Of a DNA stretch of 37,226 nucleotides, positions 29,250 to 37,226 are shown in pieces. Below the pieces are notes generated by a model, which had not been told where the DNA came from, did no database searches, and saw only the letters and a list, made by a program, of their open reading frames with translations. How positions within the stretch are numbered: position 1 is the stretch's first letter; every line of letters begins with the position of its first letter. A program made the position numbers and the translations under genes. This DNA comes from Methanobacteriota archaeon (GTDB lineage Archaea; Thermoplasmatota; Poseidoniia; Poseidoniales; Poseidoniaceae), in assembly GCA_002689345.1 (NCBI GenBank), contig NZFU01000053.1:3169-40394 (forward strand). Reading direction: 5' to 3'.

Positions 29250-29588
29250 ATGCAAAGTGAAAGTTCTGACATCGTGGTCGTAGTGCCCACCGATGAAGAA
29301 GGGCCAGATTCACTTGCATTATCCAAGACTATTTGGCATGAAATAACTGCTGGAGTAGGCATTTGGGGTGCATTTAGACCAGTTATTGCAGTGGTTCTAT
29401 CTCTAGTTCCATTTCTATTCCTTGGGCAACATTTCAATCGAAATCATAGAAGAGCAACCGACTGGTTTCTTTTGCAAATCCCCTTAGCATTTACATTAGT
29501 ACTGTGGATATTGCTATACTTTTGGTCTATAATTGACGCTTGGAAAGATGCGAGTATAATTGTCTCACATTCTCAAGGCCAGATTTGA
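29250..29588 (+). CDS. Small hypothetical membrane protein
   Basis: Two to three hydrophobic segments ending WSIIDAW. True start is likely ATG 29250, since the upstream part of the track ORF is antisense to the pcp fusion. Confidence 0.7.
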   Translation: MQSESSDIVVVVPTDEEGPDSLALSKTIWHEITAGVGIWGAFRPVIAVVLSLVPFLFLGQHFNRNHRRATDWFLLQIPLAFTLVLWILLYFWSIIDAWKDASIIVSHSQGQI

Positions 29589-30331
29589 TTCGAACATTCG
29601 ATTGTTCCGTCGGCCATACCTGCTAGGTCAGACTTATCATCAGCATCGAATGTATTAGGTAAATTCCCTGTGATTAAATTGCCAACATCATTTGTTTCTA
29701 TCGCCCAATACATTACTGAATTATCATTATTTGAATGACCGGGGTGATCTGGATCTTCATGATCAATAGGTGACTCATAGACTAGATTCACAAGTCCTAA
29801 CAAGTGTCCTGCTTCATGTACAGAGACTGCTCTTTCAATCTCCTCACTCGAGGGCCTTTGAATAATATTTTCAGCAGCTTCCACCGAATCTTTGAAAATT
29901 GCAATAGTGGAAGCATCTACTGCAACTCCTAATACCGAATCATCGGTATAAGTACCAGCAGGGAATAAAAAATACCAGTGCAATGTTTGTGAATCCATTG
30001 CATCATCACCATGCTTCCATCTTGCATCACGAACATCATCTGAACTCCAGATAGTATCGATGGCAAAATCGACTTCATCGGCCAGGATTGAGACTCCTTT
30101 TGGCTTATCACAAACTTCTTGTAATCGAGTTTTAACCAAATCCATTGCTATTGGGTCATAGCCATCTTCATAGAGAAAATGTATTTTCATTTTTTGAAAT
30201 TTATCATCTTGCAAGCAGGCTAAAGCCAATCCGCCAGGAATCCCTCTCTCTTCCTCAAATACTCCTTCGTCGCCAAAACAACCTGACAACATTGTTGTCA
30301 TCAGTAGAATTGTCATAAAATAATGCTTCAT
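29573..30331 (-). CDS. Lipoprotein zinc metallopeptidase (metzincin-like)
   Basis: Lipobox MLSGC; HEAGHLLGL; DHEDPDHPGH; Met-turn SVMYW. Confidence 0.85.
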   Translation of the reverse strand: MKHYFMTILLMTTMLSGCFGDEGVFEEERGIPGGLALACLQDDKFQKMKIHFLYEDGYDPIAMDLVKTRLQEVCDKPKGVSILADEVDFAIDTIWSSDDVRDARWKHGDDAMDSQTLHWYFLFPAGTYTDDSVLGVAVDASTIAIFKDSVEAAENIIQRPSSEEIERAVSVHEAGHLLGLVNLVYESPIDHEDPDHPGHSNNDNSVMYWAIETNDVGNLITGNLPNTFDADDKSDLAGMADGTIECSNQIWP

Positions 30332-30339
30332 ACAAACAC

Positions 30340-30762
30340 CTAGAAATCCTCGGGAATATCAGTGGGACTGAACAATTGACCAGGCCCTGCTGCCTGAGAT
30401 AACTGATTACGAACTAAGTGTTCCCATGAACGAATTACACCTAATGCATCACTTACCAGCATCTGTTCTTCCTCCAAAGTCACTCTAATTAATGTATCAA
30501 GAATATCCATTCTATCACTATCGACTAAAGAAAGTGCCTTTTCAATATCAAAGTTCGAATCACTTTCTACCGGTGTAACATCTAATGGCCAAGGGTGTAA
30601 AAGATTCTCAGGAATATTATCTGAATGCTCTTGAAGTTGCCGCAGTAGACGTTTTGTCCACCGAGAAATTACCAAACTGGTCTCTAGGACGGGCATGTTC
30701 AGTTGATTAATCAAATTCACAAGACGTTCCTGCAAGGTAACCATCGAATCTGTGCCACTCAT
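30340..30762 (-). CDS. Hypothetical cytoplasmic protein with a two-fold internal repeat
   Basis: GGAGGT SD before ATG 30762; no signal peptide or TM; repeated M.V....VI..W......QL unit. Confidence 0.78.
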   Translation of the reverse strand: MSGTDSMVTLQERLVNLINQLNMPVLETSLVISRWTKRLLRQLQEHSDNIPENLLHPWPLDVTPVESDSNFDIEKALSLVDSDRMDILDTLIRVTLEEEQMLVSDALGVIRSWEHLVRNQLSQAAGPGQLFSPTDIPEDF

Positions 30763-30776
30763 GTGGTTACCTCCAT

Positions 30777-33700
30777 TTACTGATTTTGTTGATTTAGCTG
30801 AGTCTGCATGTACTGATGTCCGTAATGTGACCATTGTTCCATAGTCCAACCGTCTGGTAGTCCAGTAGGAGGTAGTGGTGGCCCAGGTGGCAGTTGTGGT
30901 TCATTCAGAGTTTCAACTGGTTGTTGAGCCGAAATCTCTGGAATGGCTTTACCTGTCATATCTTCTACAACTTCAGCGGTTTGATCCGATTCATCCTCAT
31001 CTTCACCACGCTTAATTTTCCTCATCTGAACCATAGTCCAAACTGCATATGACATCGCACCCAAAGCGATGAGATACATTACAACAGATAATTGTGAATC
31101 TGCTATTTGATTTGCCAATGCTTCTCCATCTCTATCTACTTCATCTTTAATCATCAGAGGTGAGATTGAAATTCTCTGTTTTTCTACACCCGAATCCAGT
31201 AACAAAATTCTGTGCTCCAAGGTATCACCAGCAAAGCCATCGGCTGTAGCATCTAGATATACTTGCATTTTCTTTCCAGAGGAAACATCGAGGCTGGTTG
31301 AAGATAACGTATTCCAATCATCTCCTGAAACCAAACGCTGCAATACGAATGACACATTTCCTGATGCCCCCTCATTCTGTGCCTCTAAGAATAATGAAAC
31401 AGATTCACCAGATACAGGTGTTGGATTGGACCAAGACCAAACAGCATCTCTCAAATCAATATCTGGACCGTTTAGTGCTAATGGCCAAGACGCAAGAGGT
31501 TCTGATATCGTATTTGATGAACTATCGTAAGGATTTCCAGATGCATCAGAACCAGTAACCCATACATCGATTGTATATGATGGAAGAAGCATAGTTGCAC
31601 CACCATCGGTTAAATCGACATTTCCAGTCCAAAAGAATTGATCTTCAAATGGAGTTGTTTCAGGTAGTGGAGAAGAACCACGACTAATTTCAGCCTCACC
31701 AGCCCTGACAAGATAATGTAAAACCGCAGGGTTGTCCATGGAAAATCCATTGTCATCTCTCGTTTCTAGCATTACTTGAAGGCTATTTGCCAGAGATATT
31801 GGAATTTCTTCACCAGAATCAATTCCGCCCAATTGGACTGCATGGATTGTTGGTCTCTCGCTATCAACTGCTAAACGCAATCTAGGTTTGAATTCGGATT
31901 GGTCTTCTGCTAAACCGGGCAGTTCTACGAGTTTGGCCTTCAAATCCAAGTGGCCACTTCGAACATTTGGAACTAGTAAATCTATACTGAAATAGCCACC
32001 CTCTCTACTGGTTGTGGTCCATTCATTATCATAATCACCTAAAGAGATTGTAAATGACCCTGAAGGAGCCGGAGTTTCATCTTCGGCAAACAAGACTCTG
32101 CCGCTGAAGCGAAGTGCTTGTCCTGCACCGATAAGAGTTTCATCAAACTCAGGATTGTAATGATTGGTTCCATCTCTCAATTCTATGGCTAGAATATGTC
32201 CCGGTTGGGTATCAAACCTCAAGTCATTATCTAGACTCCATAAATCATTACCTAATCCTGCCTTGTGAATATTACAGGGAGTATTTTCTTCCATACCACA
32301 AGGCATATCTTCAATCCACACCTTTGGAATAAAGTGTGATTGCCCATTTGTATCCCATATTTCAGGGAAATTCCAAGTTAATTGGAACTGTATTGAAACT
32401 ATCATTCGAGATTGATTCTCGGGATCTAGTATTACTGATGAGTAAAGATTGGAAACCGCAAGGCCTGAACCTCCACTCTCTAAATAAATCTCAGGTAGAC
32501 CGTCAGGGTTCTGTGAGATTGTTGCAAATATCGAAGTTTCATCATCATCGAAGTCGCCAGCAAGAGCTAACTGAATATACTCTACATCCCACCATCCATT
32601 GATATCTGAAACCATCAGAGTAGCACTATAGGAAATTCCAGGATGTAATGGGTCCAAATCATCATGACCCATGATTGTTGAATTGTCGATATCAATCATT
32701 GGTTCGAATTCTTCACGTATGACATACCAAGATAACGAATTATCCCACTCAGGAATAACGTCACCTGGCCTGTCCCCACAATATTCATCACTAGCAATAT
32801 CACAGACAGGAGAGCCCCCCATTGCAATTACATTTCCTTGGCCATCTTGACCTGTGACATAGAAAGCCACTTTGTCACCATGAATAAGCATCGAGTCATC
32901 GATTAATCCGTTGAAAACATTTATTCCACCAGGTCTTATTTCAGGAGTTGTTAATGTCTTGATACGGTATTCGATAGGCTCGGGTAGACCATTGAAATTA
33001 GCATCTCTACAATCTCCATGGTCACCAACCTCGCATCCCACCCAATAATGTAAGTCAACAGTTTGAGGAGGGTCTACAGAATCTTGAATCACTACTTCAA
33101 TAGCCTGACCTCCTGGAGACGGAGGACCTTTGTGCATTTCAGCAGACATTATTGGACTTGCAAATAGGACTAATGGGGCATTACCATCAAAGATTAACTT
33201 GATTGTATTGTATCCCGGGTTAACATATGTTGATCCATTTGCTAAATTGAACGCCTCGACAAACAGAACCATACCTCCCGGTTCGGATTCAATTGGTGAG
33301 GTAAAAGTCATATTGTATTGGCCAAAGGCTGGATTTCCTTCTTCATGAAGGATTGTTGGCTCTCCTATAGGGTCACCATCAAATGTCACGTTTTGTCCTA
33401 GGACTCGTAAACTAAAGTCTCCAGCCATAGGGGAGAATGCAGAGTTCTCAAAATTAATTGCTCCACTAATCGATAAATTGAATCCTCCTCGAACCCAATC
33501 ACCGGCATACAGTTCTCGTCCAGTCTCTTCCCAGACTCGCATTGAATCTAATTGAATGTCATTCTCAACATTTAATGAAAGTGTGTCAGTTGTCCAAGCA
33601 TTAATTTGCGGACCTAAATCATCACTCATAGAAACAATTGCTTCCATCTTTCTCTCATCATCCCATGTCCAATTAATTCGCATTGGCATCCTTACAGACA

Positions 33701-36131
33701 CTACACCTTCACTATCCAGAGTAGAGGTACAATTACCTACATCAAATTCAACAATTCCATTAGAATCATCAACCACACTACATGAGTCTCCACGCAACCA
33801 ATTGAATGCAGGGTCGCCTCCATGTGAATTGTTTAAGCCAATTGTAGCTTCAGTGACACGGTCTACTAAATCGCCATGTGCTAATCGTACAATCAGGTTT
33901 CTGTAAACTCCATCTGGAGTTACTAATCCTCCTTCTAGGCTAGCATCTAATACTCTAGTTTTCAATCTATATTCAATATCCAGTTCGGTTAGTTTAACTC
34001 TACCTGGAGTATTGGCTTTTACTGCAATAGGGATCTCAACAGTACCTACGCCATTATCTGGAATATGACTATTGAAAGCATCAACTAATCCGGGCGATTC
34101 GGAAACTACACTTCCGACTGGAGAATCATCAGAGGCAACTACTGAACTTTCATTGAGGAAAAGAATTGATTTCCAATCCCATACTCCATCATCACCAACA
34201 TCCAATTGAGGTGCGTCGGGGTAACCCTCTTCGTACCATAGAACAAACGAATCAACTTTCGGGGTTATCGTTGTATCATTGGTTCCTAATTGAACTGAAT
34301 ACAGTAATTCATTTCCTGCACCTTGCGTAGAAAATGAAACTTCAACATTGTTAGATGCAGATTCCCAAGAGGTTCCATTATCATTTGAAACCAATACTGT
34401 AGCGGAAGTAGAACTTGGTTCATCCACAGTCCATACTGCTCTGACCTTACCCACATTTGTGCCGGTTGAAACCGTTTGACTCATCCAATTTCCTGTAGAC
34501 AAATATGAAGTGGCATATTCTAAGGAAATCCACCAAGATACCGCAGAAGATCCTATCAATTGCATCTTCCATACCAATTCATCACCAGGGTGAGCAAAGT
34601 GAATCGTCTGATTCTTTTCGACAGATTCCCAATGAGTTCCATTATCTGCACTTACCCAATAATCAACACGATCACCTTGGCTAGTAGCAGACCAGTGATT
34701 TTGAACATTCACAGCCAAGACATCCTCTTGTGTATTGATTGTCTCTCCAACCCAAGTCGTTGTTCCAGGTGCAGGAGTGGTCGGGAATGAGATACCCATT
34801 CCAAATTCACGATAATATAGAGTCTTAGCACCCCATGTTGAATATCCTGCGTCGACCGTTATCAATCGGTCACCATCATAATACAAACCGAGACCTTTCG
34901 CAGTGATATCCCTTGTACCAGATTGTGGTACTAGAGAGGATGAGGTTCCTGATACTGACCAAACGCTGATTTGATCTGTATCGGTGTAATAGTATCCTTT
35001 CATACATCTCATGTAGAAATTTCCGGCATGAACTGTCAAACCGTGTACATTACTCGTGGATTTACCACACTCGGTTGTAGAGGAAGAACCTGATGAAAAC
35101 GAATACATATCTTGGCCCCTAGTAAACTGACCATTTTCGCTAAAATCATAAGGTACAATACGCCTTTGTTGGCTATGTACAACCCATATCTGATCAGATT
35201 CTCTATCATACGAAATACCATTATATTCGCCATATTGGGCTGAGATATCATATGACTCTACACATCTCCATACCCAGTCATCTGATACATCGATAGCTAA
35301 TACTCTGAGGTGCTGAGTAGGTGTTGTCGAGGAATAAGGATACTTGTAAGTCGAAAATATTCCGTAAAGCATTTCATCATCTGTTATCGTCCAATCCTTG
35401 AATCCATATGCTTTGTAATAGGTTGAACTTGGATCTTGAGGTAGGTTACAATTTGATTCACGTTGCAAATCGACAACGACATCACGGGTTACATTGTTTG
35501 GATGCATCCTAGTGACTACTTTGTCAAACGAAGTTCCAGTAAATGTTGACATGAACAACCAATCGTGATTTCGAAGTATTGCTCCTTGACCTTGTGCCAT
35601 GAAATTAGCGCTACTGAGTTTTATCTGGTTGCTGAATCGGCTCTCATTGGAATTTGAAGTATGTGGTTGCCTAATTGCGAAACTACCATTATCTAACCAA
35701 GCATCTGAGTTTGGTAACATTTCTTCATCGGCAGAATGTGTAGCATATTCAGTATCACCTGAATCGAAACCTAGTGCTAGGTCTTCACTTCTTGCATCGA
35801 CTCCATTCAATACCCCGTCCATCCATTCATCGTAAGTATCGGTAGTAACTTGAGACCAACCAGTAGATGATGCACCGGATAGAGTAACTTGGACATCTAG
35901 TACTTCAGCACCTTTAGGTAACGCAACTTTGGTAGTCTTATCTGCGCCACCCTGATACAGGGCGATATTCTCTACGCTTCCATCTGAAAAGGTGTAGATG
36001 TGCCTAGAAGCACCATTGGCTTGAGCATCTCCCACAAATGTCTCAGAAAGCGGACTGAGAGGCGTCAGGACCAAGATGAAAATCATCAAAGATAGAACAG
36101 CACGGGATGAGAATTTCTTCGACATCAACAA
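30777..36131 (-). CDS. Giant (1784 aa) cell-surface protein with Asp-box motifs, Ig-like stalk, C-terminal TM and Pro/Trp-rich tail
   Basis: Signal peptide; SADNGTHW and SNDNGTSW; TM VVMYLIALGAMSYAVWTMV; tail GPPLPPTGLPDGWTMEQWSHYG; AGGTGA SD (start 36131 TTG or 36125 ATG). Confidence 0.88.
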   Translation of the reverse strand: MLMSKKFSSRAVLSLMIFILVLTPLSPLSETFVGDAQANGASRHIYTFSDGSVENIALYQGGADKTTKVALPKGAEVLDVQVTLSGASSTGWSQVTTDTYDEWMDGVLNGVDARSEDLALGFDSGDTEYATHSADEEMLPNSDAWLDNGSFAIRQPHTSNSNESRFSNQIKLSSANFMAQGQGAILRNHDWLFMSTFTGTSFDKVVTRMHPNNVTRDVVVDLQRESNCNLPQDPSSTYYKAYGFKDWTITDDEMLYGIFSTYKYPYSSTTPTQHLRVLAIDVSDDWVWRCVESYDISAQYGEYNGISYDRESDQIWVVHSQQRRIVPYDFSENGQFTRGQDMYSFSSGSSSTTECGKSTSNVHGLTVHAGNFYMRCMKGYYYTDTDQISVWSVSGTSSSLVPQSGTRDITAKGLGLYYDGDRLITVDAGYSTWGAKTLYYREFGMGISFPTTPAPGTTTWVGETINTQEDVLAVNVQNHWSATSQGDRVDYWVSADNGTHWESVEKNQTIHFAHPGDELVWKMQLIGSSAVSWWISLEYATSYLSTGNWMSQTVSTGTNVGKVRAVWTVDEPSSTSATVLVSNDNGTSWESASNNVEVSFSTQGAGNELLYSVQLGTNDTTITPKVDSFVLWYEEGYPDAPQLDVGDDGVWDWKSILFLNESSVVASDDSPVGSVVSESPGLVDAFNSHIPDNGVGTVEIPIAVKANTPGRVKLTELDIEYRLKTRVLDASLEGGLVTPDGVYRNLIVRLAHGDLVDRVTEATIGLNNSHGGDPAFNWLRGDSCSVVDDSNGIVEFDVGNCTSTLDSEGVVSVRMPMRINWTWDDERKMEAIVSMSDDLGPQINAWTTDTLSLNVENDIQLDSMRVWEETGRELYAGDWVRGGFNLSISGAINFENSAFSPMAGDFSLRVLGQNVTFDGDPIGEPTILHEEGNPAFGQYNMTFTSPIESEPGGMVLFVEAFNLANGSTYVNPGYNTIKLIFDGNAPLVLFASPIMSAEMHKGPPSPGGQAIEVVIQDSVDPPQTVDLHYWVGCEVGDHGDCRDANFNGLPEPIEYRIKTLTTPEIRPGGINVFNGLIDDSMLIHGDKVAFYVTGQDGQGNVIAMGGSPVCDIASDEYCGDRPGDVIPEWDNSLSWYVIREEFEPMIDIDNSTIMGHDDLDPLHPGISYSATLMVSDINGWWDVEYIQLALAGDFDDDETSIFATISQNPDGLPEIYLESGGSGLAVSNLYSSVILDPENQSRMIVSIQFQLTWNFPEIWDTNGQSHFIPKVWIEDMPCGMEENTPCNIHKAGLGNDLWSLDNDLRFDTQPGHILAIELRDGTNHYNPEFDETLIGAGQALRFSGRVLFAEDETPAPSGSFTISLGDYDNEWTTTSREGGYFSIDLLVPNVRSGHLDLKAKLVELPGLAEDQSEFKPRLRLAVDSERPTIHAVQLGGIDSGEEIPISLANSLQVMLETRDDNGFSMDNPAVLHYLVRAGEAEISRGSSPLPETTPFEDQFFWTGNVDLTDGGATMLLPSYTIDVWVTGSDASGNPYDSSSNTISEPLASWPLALNGPDIDLRDAVWSWSNPTPVSGESVSLFLEAQNEGASGNVSFVLQRLVSGDDWNTLSSTSLDVSSGKKMQVYLDATADGFAGDTLEHRILLLDSGVEKQRISISPLMIKDEVDRDGEALANQIADSQLSVVMYLIALGAMSYAVWTMVQMRKIKRGEDEDESDQTAEVVEDMTGKAIPEISAQQPVETLNEPQLPPGPPLPPTGLPDGWTMEQWSHYGHQYMQTQLNQQNQ

Positions 36132-36189
36132 TTCACCTACTTTAGGCTCTAAGCCATAAGACTTGAACTAACCGGCGACGCGTCATATG

Positions 36190-36217
36190 CAGAAATCCCC
36201 CTTTAGGGGGAATTCTG
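36190..36217 (-). terminator. Putative stem-loop downstream of the Asp-rich repeat gene
   Basis: CAGAAATCCCCC-TTTA-GGGGGAATTCTG: 12-bp arms with one mismatch, 7 nt after the stop at 36225. Confidence 0.55.
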
Positions 36218-36224
36218 ACCTCAA

Positions 36225-37226
36225 TTAAGCAGTATTTCTGCTATCATATCTGATAGGCGATGAATCTCCGCGAACTCCGTCATCTTCATCGTCTTTGACT
36301 TCGAACCAATCAACCAGCCAATCACCATCGGTATCCCAATTCAATGGGTCACTACCTTCTGCGATGTGATCATTATCTAAATCAAGTAGATACCAACCGA
36401 ATTCATGTTCGCCCAAATCCACTGCAGGTGCCCGATTTGTGTTACCAACATAATACAAATCCCAATCATCGGTAAGATCACCCGAACATAGAGTTATATC
36501 ATCACCAGAGTCAAGAATAAGGAAATCTGTGTCCATATCATTGATAATCAAAACATAACTTTGGTCATCAAGGTTTTTCTTATTCATTCCAAGATAATTA
36601 GTAGTATCTTCTGTAACTTCACCCAGACCCAAAGTAAAGGCCCTGAATTGCCACCATTCGGTAATCGGAGAACCATCCCATATTTCACCAGATAATCTCA
36701 CTGAATTTGGCGAGTCAAGATTAGGGTTTGCAATTGCATAGAATTCCATGAAATTTGTATATGGCGTATATACACAAGAAGCACTACAATCCCAATTTCC
36801 ATCTTGGTCTGGATCTTCATTAGCATCAAGGGAATCTGCTGGATTAAATGTAGCCCAAGTCCATCCTAAATTGGGCCGGGACAACGTTCCAGTATTCTGT
36901 GAAAGTGGACGGCACGAAGAAGTGTTTGAGTCACAATTTCCTCCAGTCGCTGCATCGATCCATTGAACTTCAACATTCAATCTCGAAGAGTAATTGTCGT
37001 TACTTTCATTCCATCCTTTTTCATATTCATACCAATCAGGCAACATGTCGCCATCTGTATCGTTATCCATTGGATTAATTCCATACTTGAACACTTCACG
37101 ACCATCTGATAAATTCCAGTCTCTTTCATGCGACACTACAGAACCTGCAACGACTTCTGTGTTGTATGTAATAGCATCATTATCTGAATCATTACTATCT
37201 GGCCTAGTTCCGTTCAGATATTCCAT
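36225..37226 (-). CDS. C-terminal part of an Asp-rich Ca-binding repeat (DxDxDG, TSP3-like) extracellular protein; 5' truncated
   Basis: DSDNDA, NPMDNDTDGDMLPDWYE, DPDQDG, DPLNWDTDGDWLVDWFE; begins mid-repeat at the window edge with no signal peptide. Confidence 0.8.
   Translation of the reverse strand: MEYLNGTRPDSNDSDNDAITYNTEVVAGSVVSHERDWNLSDGREVFKYGINPMDNDTDGDMLPDWYEYEKGWNESNDNYSSRLNVEVQWIDAATGGNCDSNTSSCRPLSQNTGTLSRPNLGWTWATFNPADSLDANEDPDQDGNWDCSASCVYTPYTNFMEFYAIANPNLDSPNSVRLSGEIWDGSPITEWWQFRAFTLGLGEVTEDTTNYLGMNKKNLDDQSYVLIINDMDTDFLILDSGDDITLCSGDLTDDWDLYYVGNTNRAPAVDLGEHEFGWYLLDLDNDHIAEGSDPLNWDTDGDWLVDWFEVKDDEDDGVRGDSSPIRYDSRNTA

Noticed and set aside
37224-37226. ATG at the last bases as the true start of the Asp-rich gene
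   Set aside because: Coincides with the window edge, begins mid-repeat and lacks a signal peptide.
1-37226. tRNA, rRNA, CRISPR array, transposase, integrase or defence genes
   Set aside because: Intergenic gaps are all short (about 115 nt or less), with no cloverleaf, repeat-spacer array or recombinase motifs seen.

Overview
Gene-dense archaeal chromosomal segment, most likely Marine Group II Euryarchaeota / Ca. Poseidoniales. This is inferred from archaeal-type GAPDH, PheT, GluRS, uS15, ArcS and RNase HII with a PIP box, a bacterial-like DnaJ, and many acidic, membrane-anchored surface proteins. It holds about 26 CDS, including a >=1445-aa S8 protease missed by the ORF track because it runs off the left edge. 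I saw no tRNA, rRNA, CRISPR or mobile element. Most notable: (1) a two-gene unit encoding a 3xFAS1-cupredoxin-PGF-CTERM protein and a membrane-anchored protein with a HmuY-like heme-binding domain, a candidate archaeal surface heme/metal-capture system; (2) a non-canonical TATA-like box, TT[C/G]A, at about -30 from 12 start codons; (3) a repeated TGAGCCC-N3/4-GGGCTCA palindrome that starts at stop codons and ends 13 nt before that box; (4) several degenerate or fused enzymes (GltB-like pseudoenzyme, RecJ/DHH remnant, pyroglutamyl peptidase-NUDIX); (5) an operon of a giant surface protein, a small internal-repeat protein and a lipoprotein metalloprotease. All family assignments come from motif recognition by eye; no searches were run.
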